From IMG/VR virus record IMGVR_UViG_3300033069_001465: a DNA stretch of 64,000 bases. One strand, given 5' to 3'. The notes beneath the pieces are model-generated. The model saw only the letters and a program-made list of their open reading frames with translations. It made no database searches and was not told where the DNA came from. Shown here piece after piece: positions 35,520-45,579 of this stretch (position 1 is the stretch's first letter; each line of letters opens with the position of its first letter). The position numbers and the translations under genes were made by a program. Source of the stretch: a virus. Its lineage: Duplodnaviria; Caudoviricetes.

Positions 35520-35993
35520 AAGTTTGAAGGATTTAGTCAGTTCACAATGTATGGAGAAAAATGGAAAGATCAAGCTCCAAATGAACTTACGATAATTAAA
35601 GATAAAGAAATAAGAAAATATCATCGGGAGAATACCGATTGTATTGGTGATTTAGTACAAATAAACTACGTAGCAGATAGTATTGTATATGGTGATCCTG
35701 ATGAAATGGAAATAGATATTTATATGATTAATATAAATAACCAATTAAAATTAAATGTTGATATTACATATGGTGATTTGGTTGTTTCCGAATTTAGTAT
35801 AGAGGCACCACATAAAGTTAGTGTTATTCAATATACATCTTATCATTCTAAATTTGATCCAAGTAATACTATTTTTGCCTTTGAGGATGAATCATTAGAA
35901 GCCTTTATTGCCTTCTTAAACAACTTTGACGGATTTCAATTAACAACTGATGATTTTAAATTTTTAGATAAAAGGGATAATTATTCTCAATAG
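35505..35993 (+). CDS. Hypothetical protein, MKHLKKFE tag
   Basis: 162-aa acidic ORF. Confidence 0.8.
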   Translation: MKHLKKFEGFSQFTMYGEKWKDQAPNELTIIKDKEIRKYHRENTDCIGDLVQINYVADSIVYGDPDEMEIDIYMININNQLKLNVDITYGDLVVSEFSIEAPHKVSVIQYTSYHSKFDPSNTIFAFEDESLEAFIAFLNNFDGFQLTTDDFKFLDKRDNYSQ

Positions 35994-36310
35994 TCAAAGT
36001 CTTCATCAGTGTAAAAAATATCAACATCACCATAATCGGTATTATTGAAATACCATCCTCCCCAATCTGTATCTTCAACAGATTCAGCATTCAATAGCTT
36101 GAATATTTGTTCTTTTACTTCATCATTGAATTCTATATCTGGTATTAATATATCAATATCGTGTTCGGATGTAACTTTTCCTTTCCCAAATCCACCAATG
36201 AGTGATGCATTTTTTGATATATTTTTTTGTAATAAAGACAATGCTTTATTCGCATCATCTATTGTATGCAACTTTTCAGTAATATACTCCTTAAATAATT
36301 TTATTTTCAT
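35987..36310 (-). CDS. Minimal Pol-beta-type nucleotidyltransferase
   Basis: IGGFGKG...HDIDILI...VDIF: G(G/S), DxD and a third Asp. Confidence 0.75.
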   Translation of the reverse strand: MKIKLFKEYITEKLHTIDDANKALSLLQKNISKNASLIGGFGKGKVTSEHDIDILIPDIEFNDEVKEQIFKLLNAESVEDTDWGGWYFNNTDYGDVDIFYTDEDFDY

Positions 36311-36323
36311 AATACATATTTTA

Positions 36324-36350
36324 TTTATATATAAATCTATGATTGGAGAA
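36324..36350 (+). repeat. 27-bp direct repeat, left copy
   Basis: TTTATATATAAATCTATGATTGGAGAA, identical to 38856-38882. Confidence 0.95.
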
Positions 36351-36358
36351 TTTCTGGA

Positions 36359-38824
36359 TTAGATACTAATATAGAATCTTGAATTTCCTGATGATATACC
36401 TTGAATCATCTTCATTTCCCCTTGATTAAGCACTATGTTTGATTTTATCTTATCAACAAGTTCATCCAATTCTTCTTTCTTTTTGGTGTGGCTTAGATAA
36501 TTAAATATCTCACTGAAATAATCTACATGATTTCTTCCTTGTTGATGAAAATCCTGTCCATCTATTTTTGACCACTTATCAGCTTGATTTCTAGTTCTTT
36601 TAACTAAATTAAAATAGTTTTGGAACCCCCAATTAAAATAGTAATAAATTAGAGAAACCGATTCGTGTTGATATATATCCATATTAGGAATTATTTGATT
36701 ACCATAGTTCTTTCTGACCTTTGTCCTATTTTTGACCAACCAATCACATAGTTTTTCTCTCTCACTATCATCCAATCTAAAATCCTCTCTTAAATAAGGT
36801 GTTTGATTATATGACTCCATGTTAAATAAAATTCTTATTAGGAATTTCATTTGATCTTTACTGAAACTAATTTTTAGACTGTTCATTAAATCAATATTAT
36901 CAGTTTTAACTAAACTGGTAATCATATAGAGAGTTGATGTAAACCCTAGTTCATCATATCTACCAAATGAGAATGACTCATTTTTTAATTTAGGATAGAA
37001 ATAATCAACTATTGTTTGCGCATCTATGTCTCTTTTATTTCTATCAATTTTTACAACCCACTGTTTTATAGTATTTAGTGCATAATTCGTTGTTGTATAT
37101 TGTGGTAATACTTTTTTATAGAGTCTTAATAGTTCCTCCCTTTCACACAATTCTTTTAATTTAGGGTATCCTGATAAATATTCTTCATCGATATCTAAGA
37201 ATACTGAGGAACTTATTTTATTTTCATCTAAAAATTTATTCATTGCTTCTTCTTGACTAGAGGATGGATTGATAACCAAATCAACTATTTTATCAACGTG
37301 TGATTTTATTTGTGGATATTTTTTAGATAACTTCATCCAAACATTTAATGGATTTGAGTTAAAAACATAACCTAAGTCAAATTTTGATTTTTGTATTAAT
37401 TTTATTAAGCCATCCGTATCGACCTCATACCCATTTAATTTCGCAAATTCTAATATTTCATCTATCTTACTAACATTATTATCTCTTAAGTAGCTAACCA
37501 ATTGATCCCATGTAAATATGTGTGGCCCAACTCCATAGTATTTTAAAACATATAATTGTTGATTAAAATTTAGCCCATAGTTAGAAAAGCTTTCTATCGT
37601 CGAATTTTGTAGTCGATCTATTATATCAATAGAATCATAATCAAATATTTTCTTTAGATCTTCATCTTTTGTATCAAACATTTTTATTTCTCTTGGGAAT
37701 GGATTTAAATTAAATAAATAGTTCATATTTATTTTTTCTCTTAGTTTAAATTGTTTTTTTCTACTAATTATCCATTCTAAGCCCTTTCCCTTTATTTGGC
37801 CGAGATAATTTATCTCCATTTTATCTTGCAGCCCATGATTTTCCATTTCATCTGTAGTGAATAGTTTAAAGTCATCTTGTTTAAATACGGATTTATTTTT
37901 TAGAATATCATCTTTTGATATTCCAAATTCAATTAGGTCGCTTACCGGAGTGTTATTAAAATTAATCTCATCAAATTTAATTTTCAATGAGTCTAATTTA
38001 AACCCCCTATCTAATAGTATCGCTGATAACTTATCAGAATAAATTGATCTATCATCAACTAAATGAGCTGTATAAAGCTTATATCCATAGGTTATTCCTA
38101 TTTTTCTATAATTATCATTTAGATCTGTCAAGAAGGCAACAAATTGTCTATTTAACCCATTATTATAAGAATTAAATGTAGATTGATCCAAAATACACCA
38201 ACTTGTATCACCTGCTAATCTTCTTAATTGGAAACTATCAGAAACTTTAATTATAATTATGTCATTCGCCTTGCTTTTATAAATTAAATCAACATTTGTA
38301 TTCTTAACTTCTCTTAAGATAGATTCGTATTTTAAGTTCTTTTGATTTACAAAAGAGTTCAAAGCATTAGACAATTCAGATTGAGTTTTATATCTTGATA
38401 TTTTCTTTATGAATACGTTTTTATCTTTTCTATCATATAATTTCAAAAATAGAGGATACATATTACTATTTACCAAATCTTTCTGTGTAGAAGGTAACTC
38501 TGATATCATTTGTTTAATCTTCCAATTATTTCTAGCGGATATAATATCATCTTGTAACTCTTCCCATTTTGAATAATTCGTAATGGTTTTGTTTAAGTTT
38601 CTAATATAAGGCGCGGATATTATCAAATCATATAACTCTTTAAGTGACTCAAAGCTAACACCTTGTTCTAGCCACATTTTAACAAAGAATCCTAAATATC
38701 CATTATGATCTTTAGTTAACTCCTTTATGTCATTATATGTTTTGCTATTTTCACCCACCCCAAACTTTCGCAAAATTGATCTGGCTAGTTGTGTATTTTC
38801 AAATAATTTAAAATTATCGATCAT
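36359..38824 (-). CDS. Large hypothetical protein (821 aa), MIDNFKLFE tag, GxxxWCI motif
   Basis: LAGDTSWCI...FNSY...; bracketed by the 27-bp direct repeats. Confidence 0.85.
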   Translation of the reverse strand: MIDNFKLFENTQLARSILRKFGVGENSKTYNDIKELTKDHNGYLGFFVKMWLEQGVSFESLKELYDLIISAPYIRNLNKTITNYSKWEELQDDIISARNNWKIKQMISELPSTQKDLVNSNMYPLFLKLYDRKDKNVFIKKISRYKTQSELSNALNSFVNQKNLKYESILREVKNTNVDLIYKSKANDIIIIKVSDSFQLRRLAGDTSWCILDQSTFNSYNNGLNRQFVAFLTDLNDNYRKIGITYGYKLYTAHLVDDRSIYSDKLSAILLDRGFKLDSLKIKFDEINFNNTPVSDLIEFGISKDDILKNKSVFKQDDFKLFTTDEMENHGLQDKMEINYLGQIKGKGLEWIISRKKQFKLREKINMNYLFNLNPFPREIKMFDTKDEDLKKIFDYDSIDIIDRLQNSTIESFSNYGLNFNQQLYVLKYYGVGPHIFTWDQLVSYLRDNNVSKIDEILEFAKLNGYEVDTDGLIKLIQKSKFDLGYVFNSNPLNVWMKLSKKYPQIKSHVDKIVDLVINPSSSQEEAMNKFLDENKISSSVFLDIDEEYLSGYPKLKELCEREELLRLYKKVLPQYTTTNYALNTIKQWVVKIDRNKRDIDAQTIVDYFYPKLKNESFSFGRYDELGFTSTLYMITSLVKTDNIDLMNSLKISFSKDQMKFLIRILFNMESYNQTPYLREDFRLDDSEREKLCDWLVKNRTKVRKNYGNQIIPNMDIYQHESVSLIYYYFNWGFQNYFNLVKRTRNQADKWSKIDGQDFHQQGRNHVDYFSEIFNYLSHTKKKEELDELVDKIKSNIVLNQGEMKMIQGISSGNSRFYISI

Positions 38825-38855
38825 ATTTTATATATTAAAATAGGAGATTATATAT

Positions 38856-38882
38856 TTTATATATAAATCTATGATTGGAGAA
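38856..38882 (+). repeat. 27-bp direct repeat, right copy (promoter plus first four codons of the gp15-like gene)
   Basis: Identical to 36324-36350. Confidence 0.95.
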
Positions 38883-39617
38883 AGATTTAATTTTGAAGAT
38901 GTGTTTTTTCGTGACTTAACAGTTTGTGTTTTGGATACATTAGAAGGTGAAGTTTGGTGGACGAATCGATTTTCATCAGGAGACATAGAAGTTAAGGTTC
39001 CTTTTTATTATTCCATGACAGGAGATGAAAGATTTCTCTTAGATTCTTTTGCTGATGATGTCGTTTCTGATAACAGATATGTAGAGTTAAACACTGATAT
39101 TATACCAAGAGGTCATTTAACAATGACTGGATTTGATATTAAATCAGATGAATTTGCTAATCCAAATGTTTGGCTAAGAACTGTTGTTGAGAACAAAACA
39201 GAAATTAAAAAAGTTTTAACGAAAGTTAGAGCAGTTCCGATATCGGTTAAATACGACTTATCAATTTTATTAGCAAGTGAAATAGATTCTTTTAAATGCA
39301 GTCAGGCAATAATTAATACCCTATGGTTGTATAGGTTTATGTATTTTGAACACAACTATATGAATATAGATGCGGTCATGATACTTCCGGATGCAAATCA
39401 GGTTGAAATTTCAAGAGAGAAGAACCTTACAACTGACAATACTATCAAATTGACAGTATCTTTTGAAGTTCATACTTATTACCCAGCATTTCGAAGTGGT
39501 GATGGGACAACTGATGTAATAAATCCAAAGAAAACCAGATGGTATTTGAATTTAATTGAATCTAGACGAGCCGGAGTTCCATTTGTTTTAGATAATAATA
39601 TAAATAATAATCCTTAA
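38871..39617 (+). CDS. gp15: Tail terminator / sheath stabilizer (T4 gp15-like)
   Basis: KVPFYY...ERFL...IPR...VP....Y.L.I...D...Q.I pattern. Confidence 0.65.
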   Translation: MIGERFNFEDVFFRDLTVCVLDTLEGEVWWTNRFSSGDIEVKVPFYYSMTGDERFLLDSFADDVVSDNRYVELNTDIIPRGHLTMTGFDIKSDEFANPNVWLRTVVENKTEIKKVLTKVRAVPISVKYDLSILLASEIDSFKCSQAIINTLWLYRFMYFEHNYMNIDAVMILPDANQVEISREKNLTTDNTIKLTVSFEVHTYYPAFRSGDGTTDVINPKKTRWYLNLIESRRAGVPFVLDNNINNNP

Positions 39618-39690
39618 TAAATAAAAGTGAAAAAAATGACTTTTTGTTTATAATATATAGATTAAGATAAAATAAAAAACAAAATTTACT

Positions 39691-40974
39691 ATGAAGAATA
39701 TTAAATTAGAACTATTTAATTTCAGAAAAAAATTAGGTATTGAGCAAGAAGAAGTTTCCATGATAATTGAATCATATATTGATATGTGTAATGAATTATC
39801 AGAAAAACAAATTGTTACTGCCTTAAATGAAAGACTAAAAACATATACTTTTGATAAAGAGGTTAAGTCACTTCTTGAAACACTTAATCTTGATATGAAA
39901 GAGTATCAACTTGTTTATGAGTTAAAACATTTGTATAATGTTTTAAATGGTAAAAATCAAGGAGAATTATATAGACAACCTATTAACGTGCTTTTGCAAA
40001 CCATCAATCTTGAAAATGATCAAGATAGATTATCAAAAGTTCTTAATGAGTTAGCTATTTATGATTGGGTTCCTGAAATTAAACTTTTTGTTCACAACTT
40101 AACAAAGTCTCCAGAACAAAGAGCTAATTTATTATCAGGTGGTAAAGGCGAATCCATTTTCACAATTGTTGAGCAAGTAGAAGATGGATATCTTTGTTTA
40201 TTAAGAGAATCATGGTTCTTATTATCTGAAAATAATATTGAAAAAACGGCTCTCGAAACTCACGTTACTGATAATGAAAAATTAAGAGTTTTAAGAACAC
40301 TAGAAACTGCTATGAAATATGCAGATATATCTGAAGATAGAGTTAATTTTAGAATTTCTGAAAATCTAACTGTTGGATTATCTGTTTCTAAAAATGGTGT
40401 TATTTATATAAATGATGATGAATTAAATAAGGAAACGACCTTAGAAAGTTTATTTAGTTCTCCAATCATTCCAATTGTTAATAAAAATTTCTATCCGGTT
40501 ATTTTAGAAACTTCGTCTAATTTAGATAAGTTTGTTGAATTAGATGTTGTTAAGAAAATTTCTAATTTAGTAAATCCTTACCTTGAAATTTATGCATTCA
40601 ATTATAAAAATGCTACATATCTTTACAGATGTGATGAAAGATACGGACATTCATTTTTCAAATATGATTCAGCAATTGAGCTAGTAAATGAAGTTAGAAA
40701 TGAATTAAACTATGATTTAACATATTTTTTTGAAAATAAATTAGATGTGGAATTAATTAGTAAAAAGAAATTAGAAGATAAAGAAAGAGAAATTTCTTTA
40801 AAATTAGAAGATGTTAAATTTAACATTTCAAAAGTTAAAACATCCTTAGAATATATCGGCGAATCAAATGTTTTAAATGTTGCTTTAGAAAATCTACAGA
40901 AGAGAAAAGAAGTATTAGAAAATGACTTACAATCAGTTAAAGAATCACAATACAAAGAAAGAGTTAAAGCATAA
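39691..40974 (+). CDS. Hypothetical, probably virion or prohead-associated protein with a C-terminal coiled coil
   Basis: Late motif at 39651, A-rich leader and its own terminator. Confidence 0.75.
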   Translation: MKNIKLELFNFRKKLGIEQEEVSMIIESYIDMCNELSEKQIVTALNERLKTYTFDKEVKSLLETLNLDMKEYQLVYELKHLYNVLNGKNQGELYRQPINVLLQTINLENDQDRLSKVLNELAIYDWVPEIKLFVHNLTKSPEQRANLLSGGKGESIFTIVEQVEDGYLCLLRESWFLLSENNIEKTALETHVTDNEKLRVLRTLETAMKYADISEDRVNFRISENLTVGLSVSKNGVIYINDDELNKETTLESLFSSPIIPIVNKNFYPVILETSSNLDKFVELDVVKKISNLVNPYLEIYAFNYKNATYLYRCDERYGHSFFKYDSAIELVNEVRNELNYDLTYFFENKLDVELISKKKLEDKEREISLKLEDVKFNISKVKTSLEYIGESNVLNVALENLQKRKEVLENDLQSVKESQYKERVKA

Positions 40975-40991
40975 ATTAAATTAATAAATTT

Positions 40992-41017
40992 AAACCCCTC
41001 ATATTGAGGGGTTTTTT
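40992..41017 (+). terminator. Intrinsic terminator
   Basis: AAACCCCTCA-TAT-TGAGGGGTTT followed by TTT. Confidence 0.85.
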
Positions 41018-41091
41018 ATGCTTATACTAAACTTATTTAATTATATAAATATAAAATATAATTAAACACTCTAAAAAATAATATTATGTAA

Positions 41092-41457
41092 ATGTATCTT
41101 CACAATCGGGACTTATACGCAGAAATTGTCGTATCGAAAGCACAAGGCAAACTAACAAATAAATCTAAACTAATGTTAGAAATCTTAGCCAAGAGAACCA
41201 TCAAAAAAATGAGATATTGGAACAATGATGACAAAATGGATTGTTATCAAAGTGGTTTATTAGATATGTTCGGTAACTGGTATAACTTTAATGAAGAAAA
41301 AAGTGATAACGCCTTCGCATACTTTACCGAGGTTTTTAAACGTGGATTGGCAAAGGGTTTTAATGAAATTTACAAAAAGAAAGGAGATAACGAGAATTTA
41401 ATTAAGGTTATTAGTATCGAGTCGTCAAATGATGGACAGGGACTACATTCTTTATAA
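41092..41457 (+). CDS. gp55: Late-transcription sigma factor (T4 gp55-like)
   Basis: YL.N.DL, D.Y...L......NFN.EKS.NAFAYFT. Confidence 0.85.
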   Translation: MYLHNRDLYAEIVVSKAQGKLTNKSKLMLEILAKRTIKKMRYWNNDDKMDCYQSGLLDMFGNWYNFNEEKSDNAFAYFTEVFKRGLAKGFNEIYKKKGDNENLIKVISIESSNDGQGLHSL

Positions 41458-41468
41458 TATATAGTGAT

Positions 41469-42953
41469 ATGGATTATCACATTTTACTTAAGTCTTTAAA
41501 TTTTGCCAATAGAAGGGAAAATATAATATCAAAAAAATATCCAGACCTTTATAATCAAATAATAAATTATACTAAGGATTTAGTTCCATTTAAGCAAAAG
41601 GTGTATAACTATTTGCATAATATTGATTCCATACCAACTTGTAAATCTTGCAAAAATAAGGTTGGATTTTTCAATAACACATATTCAATTTACTGTTCTA
41701 ATAAGTGTAAAAATTCGGATCAAGAATTTATTGATAAAACTTCTATATTAAGAGAAAGAAGTATGATGTCTAAATATGGTGTTAAATATACATTTGATAT
41801 GTTATCTATCAAGAATAAAATAAAAAACACATTAAATGAAAAATATAATGTAGATAATATATCAAAATTACCATACATAAAGGATAAAATATCAAATACA
41901 AAAAAGCAAAAAACTATTATTGAGTACAATAATAAATCTATAAATCTAATAAGCATAGATGAAAATAGAGTAATGAGTATACTGTGTGATAAGTGTAATA
42001 ATGTATATGAAATAAATTATACAACATATTTACTTAGAATAAAAAATGAACATGATATTTGTATAAATTGTAATCAGTTAAATAATCTTAAAAGTTCACA
42101 TTTGGAAAAAAACATTTCTAAAATTATATCGGATGCTGGTATAGATTTCATATCTAATTATAAAATTGGAAATAGAGAACTTGATATTTACCTACCTGAT
42201 AAAAAAATCGGATTTGAATTTAATGGATTATATTGGCACTCTGAAGTATTTAAGGAAAAAAACTATCATCTAAATAAAACATTATTATTTGCAAAGAATG
42301 GCATAAACATATTTCATATATGGGAAGATGATTGGATATACAAACAGGATATTGTGAAATCTATGATATTAAATAAAATTGGTAAAACTAATAACAGAAT
42401 ATTTGCTAGAAAATGTGATATTAGAGAGGTAGTCGATAATAAAATAGTTAGAGAGTTTCTAACAAAAAATCACATTCAGGGGTTCATTGGATCAAAGTAT
42501 AAAATCGGATTATTTTTCAAGGAGGAGTTGGTTAGTCTAATGACATTTGGGAATCTTAGGAAATCATTAGGGCAAAAAAGTAAAGATGGATCATATGAAT
42601 TACTAAGATTTTGTAATAAATTAAATACAAGTGTTGTTGGAGGGTCTTCCAAACTATTTAAATATTTTTTAAATAACTATCCATCAAAAGAAATTATAAG
42701 CTATTCTGATTTGAGTAGATCTAATGGTGATATGTACTTAAAGTTGGGATTTAAATTATCACACACGTCTCGTCCTAATTACTATTATGTTGTTAATGGA
42801 ATTAGAAAGCATAGATTTAACTATAGAAAAGATAGACTAATTAAAGATGGATTTGACCCAAATAAAACAGAAATTCAAATAATGTCAGAACAAGGATACT
42901 ATAAAATTTTTGACTGCGGAATGCAAAAATGGATATGGAAAAGTGTAAAGTAG
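41469..42953 (+). CDS. Putative homing endonuclease (zinc ribbon, KYGV repeats, PD-(D/E)xK domain, Hef-like C-terminus)
   Basis: CKSC..YCSNKC, ELDIYLPD..IGFEFNGLYWHS, FARKC, YELLRFC and IFDCG..KW. Confidence 0.8.
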   Translation: MDYHILLKSLNFANRRENIISKKYPDLYNQIINYTKDLVPFKQKVYNYLHNIDSIPTCKSCKNKVGFFNNTYSIYCSNKCKNSDQEFIDKTSILRERSMMSKYGVKYTFDMLSIKNKIKNTLNEKYNVDNISKLPYIKDKISNTKKQKTIIEYNNKSINLISIDENRVMSILCDKCNNVYEINYTTYLLRIKNEHDICINCNQLNNLKSSHLEKNISKIISDAGIDFISNYKIGNRELDIYLPDKKIGFEFNGLYWHSEVFKEKNYHLNKTLLFAKNGINIFHIWEDDWIYKQDIVKSMILNKIGKTNNRIFARKCDIREVVDNKIVREFLTKNHIQGFIGSKYKIGLFFKEELVSLMTFGNLRKSLGQKSKDGSYELLRFCNKLNTSVVGGSSKLFKYFLNNYPSKEIISYSDLSRSNGDMYLKLGFKLSHTSRPNYYYVVNGIRKHRFNYRKDRLIKDGFDPNKTEIQIMSEQGYYKIFDCGMQKWIWKSVK

Positions 42954-43249
42954 TTCACCATAAAAAAGAAGATTATGATGTTCTAATTGATAGAACTACA
43001 AAGTGGGGTTGCCCATTTTCATATAGAAAAGGAACAAGGGCAAAGTATATTTTGCCAACTAGAAAAGAAGCAATTGAAGCGTATCGTGAATGGATTACCA
43101 ATGGTGAAGGCAAATATCTATTAAATGACTTACATGAGCTTAAAGGGAAAACTCTTGGTTGCTGGTGCAAACCTAAGACTTGTCATGGTGATGTATTAGT
43201 TGAGTTGGTGAACAATTTAGATAAACCAAAAGTTGGATTTGATATTTAG
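42929..43249 (+). CDS. DUF4326-like protein
   Basis: YDV.IDR.TKWG.PF...ELKGKTLGCWCKP..CHGDVL. Confidence 0.85.
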   Translation: MDMEKCKVVHHKKEDYDVLIDRTTKWGCPFSYRKGTRAKYILPTRKEAIEAYREWITNGEGKYLLNDLHELKGKTLGCWCKPKTCHGDVLVELVNNLDKPKVGFDI

Positions 43250-43617
43250 ATTATTAGGTCTTCTATTAGCTTAATTAGTCCATCAAATTGGTCACATTTA
43301 TAACTTTGGGAAAACACTTCTTTAGTTTTTTGATTAGTTGCTATAAACCACTCATCTTTGACCTTTTCTACAAACCATTTATCATCATCTTTTATAATTT
43401 CTAAATGCTTAGTTCCTCCCATTACTTTTCTATCAAATTCATAATCTATACAATTATTAAATAATAATTCAATCAATTCACTTTTTTCTTCTGGAGTAAA
43501 TGGTACCCTATTTGTTCCAACTCTTACTCCGGTAGCGCCCATTAATTTTTCATATTCATAATAATCAATTCTTTGATAGTATTGATTTGTAGACTCATAT
43601 GATTTCAAATATCTCAT
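43246..43617 (-). CDS. Hypothetical protein, MRYLKSYE tag, DEWF/KCDQ family
   Basis: KDEWFIA...YKCDQFDGLIK. Confidence 0.8.
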   Translation of the reverse strand: MRYLKSYESTNQYYQRIDYYEYEKLMGATGVRVGTNRVPFTPEEKSELIELLFNNCIDYEFDRKVMGGTKHLEIIKDDDKWFVEKVKDEWFIATNQKTKEVFSQSYKCDQFDGLIKLIEDLII

Positions 43618-44237
43618 TATTTAATAGGACAATTTGTTGCACTATAGATATAATCAAAATTTCTTTTAATTGATACACCCAATGCTTTAGCAGTTGTTTC
43701 AACATCTAAAAAACACTCTTGGTCAGATCCGCCAACCATTATAACTTCTTTATTTCTTAGTCTTAAAAATAAATCATAGAGTTTTTTAGGACAATGATAC
43801 CAGACATGTTTGTTTCCGATATAAACAATGATTGTTCCTTCATTTGTTAAAAAGTAATTTCCTCTTCTTAATAAACCCTTACTTTCTTTATTTTTAACAT
43901 CTTGGTATATATCTGGTGATAGTATCTTTTTATAAAAATCAGCATCTACATTATAATTATATCTTTTTTCTATAATATCCTTTTGGTTATTAAATACATA
44001 TAGATCATTATTATTTGGCTTGTCTGGATTCTTATCATATAAATAATCAGTATCTACATTCTTTCCCTCTACATGGTTATCAAATATTTGATAAACAGTT
44101 TCAAATTTTTTACAATACTCATTTAATTGCTTTAAATAATTATCAGTGAAGAATTTTTTAAATGACTTCTGAACATCAACTATAATTAGTATCGATTCAT
44201 TATTATTGATTTCCTCGTATGTCTTTAAGTATATCAT
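43617..44237 (-). CDS. Isochorismatase/nicotinamidase-like cysteine hydrolase, MIYLKTYE tag
   Basis: Triad-like D (IIVDVQ), K (IEKRY) and C (VGGSDQEC). Confidence 0.7.
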   Translation of the reverse strand: MIYLKTYEEINNNESILIIVDVQKSFKKFFTDNYLKQLNEYCKKFETVYQIFDNHVEGKNVDTDYLYDKNPDKPNNNDLYVFNNQKDIIEKRYNYNVDADFYKKILSPDIYQDVKNKESKGLLRRGNYFLTNEGTIIVYIGNKHVWYHCPKKLYDLFLRLRNKEVIMVGGSDQECFLDVETTAKALGVSIKRNFDYIYSATNCPIK

Positions 44238-44247
44238 AATTTATATA

Positions 44248-44679
44248 TTATTTAGGAGAAATAGTTATTATTTGTTTCCATAAAGGGTCCGACACATAAG
44301 CTACCCTATTAGTGCCATTAATTGGAATTTCTCTATAAGTGCTTCCATTTCCTTTTTTAGATATTTGATTATAGTGAATATTATAATTCTTTTTTAATCT
44401 ACTTATTGCAGTTTCAACTTTTTTCTTAACATATAATTGATCCAAGTGATCAAATAAGATAGTAATTTTATATCCTGGAATTCCTTTAAATTTAGAAGAT
44501 TTATTAAATCCTTTAACATTTTTAATGGATTTATTTACTTTGTGACTGACAACTTCTACTTTAATTGGTAATTCATCACCTTTATGATCGTTTAGTTCTA
44601 GAAAATAATCTTCTACTTCCTCTGTGTCATTAAGGTTTTCAAATAGATTAAAGTCTTCAAAAAGATTAAGATATTTCAT
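44248..44679 (-). CDS. Hypothetical protein, MKYLNLFE tag, EDYFLEL.D family
   Basis: Paralog of the N-terminal half of 44707..45516 (EDYFLEL.DH, PG(Y/F)KI.I, IHYNQI). Confidence 0.8.
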   Translation of the reverse strand: MKYLNLFEDFNLFENLNDTEEVEDYFLELNDHKGDELPIKVEVVSHKVNKSIKNVKGFNKSSKFKGIPGYKITILFDHLDQLYVKKKVETAISRLKKNYNIHYNQISKKGNGSTYREIPINGTNRVAYVSDPLWKQIITISPK

Positions 44680-44706
44680 ATATGTATATATTAAAACAAA
44701 TAAAAT

Positions 44707-45516
44707 TTATTTTGTGGGATCAATAAAAAAGACAAATTCGAATACCTCTGATCGAGATGATTCTGATCCGAGGCTGATTATTTTATAAAAAATAACGACG
44801 TTAGGACAAAGTAATATTAGCCTTTTAAATATTGATCGTAAAAAAGTTTTGGAAATAATAAGCCTGCCATCTAGCCAGTAAGCATCATTATTAGTGAATT
44901 TAATAAGTGCAACAATACAATTAACAATTGATTCACAATTTGATCTCATTATATCTGCATTTGTTATGTTACCATATAACAACTCCTGTTTAAATTTTGA
45001 ACTGTCTCCAATAATATTTTTTGTAAAAATATCAAAAGTGTGTTTATAGTGTCCTGTTATAGTTAGCTCTTTATTATATTCTGCCATATCTAAAAAATCT
45101 TCAATGGTATCTAACTCATTATCTTTTAAGGACTCATTTAATTTTCTATTTGAAATTGTGATTGTATATACGTTGTAAAATGGCCCTTCATATATTTGGT
45201 TGTAGTGTATGTGATAATGCTTTATTAGTCTTTTTAAGGCCTGACCAACTATCGATTTTATATAATCTTCTTCATTGGATGCATATGTGATACGTATTTT
45301 AAATCCAGGTAAATATTTATGATCCCATTTTTCTTTTGTCCATTTTTGCCCACTTGATTTATTAGTGTATTTTTCTTTTTTTTCTCTTTTGTGTACCTGA
45401 TGATTGCATATATCTATATGTATATTATGATCACTTAATTCTAAAAAATAGTCTTCTATTTCTTCAATTTCGGACATACTATCATAATGACTATCAAAAA
45501 GTTTGAGATATCTCAT
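44707..45516 (-). CDS. Hypothetical protein, MRYLKLFD tag, EDYFLEL.D family
   Basis: Paralog of 44248..44679, with a second domain after an internal LNES. Confidence 0.8.
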   Translation of the reverse strand: MRYLKLFDSHYDSMSEIEEIEDYFLELSDHNIHIDICNHQVHKREKKEKYTNKSSGQKWTKEKWDHKYLPGFKIRITYASNEEDYIKSIVGQALKRLIKHYHIHYNQIYEGPFYNVYTITISNRKLNESLKDNELDTIEDFLDMAEYNKELTITGHYKHTFDIFTKNIIGDSSKFKQELLYGNITNADIMRSNCESIVNCIVALIKFTNNDAYWLDGRLIISKTFLRSIFKRLILLCPNVVIFYKIISLGSESSRSEVFEFVFFIDPTK

Positions 45517-45527
45517 AGAATATATAT

Positions 45528-45556
45528 AAAAAAAAGCACTATAATTATAGTGCTTT
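45528..45556 (-). terminator. Intrinsic terminator
   Basis: AAAGCACTATAATTATAGTGCTTT palindrome with a U-tract on the minus strand. Confidence 0.7.
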
Positions 45557-45579
45557 CGTTATTATTTTAATTTATTTAA

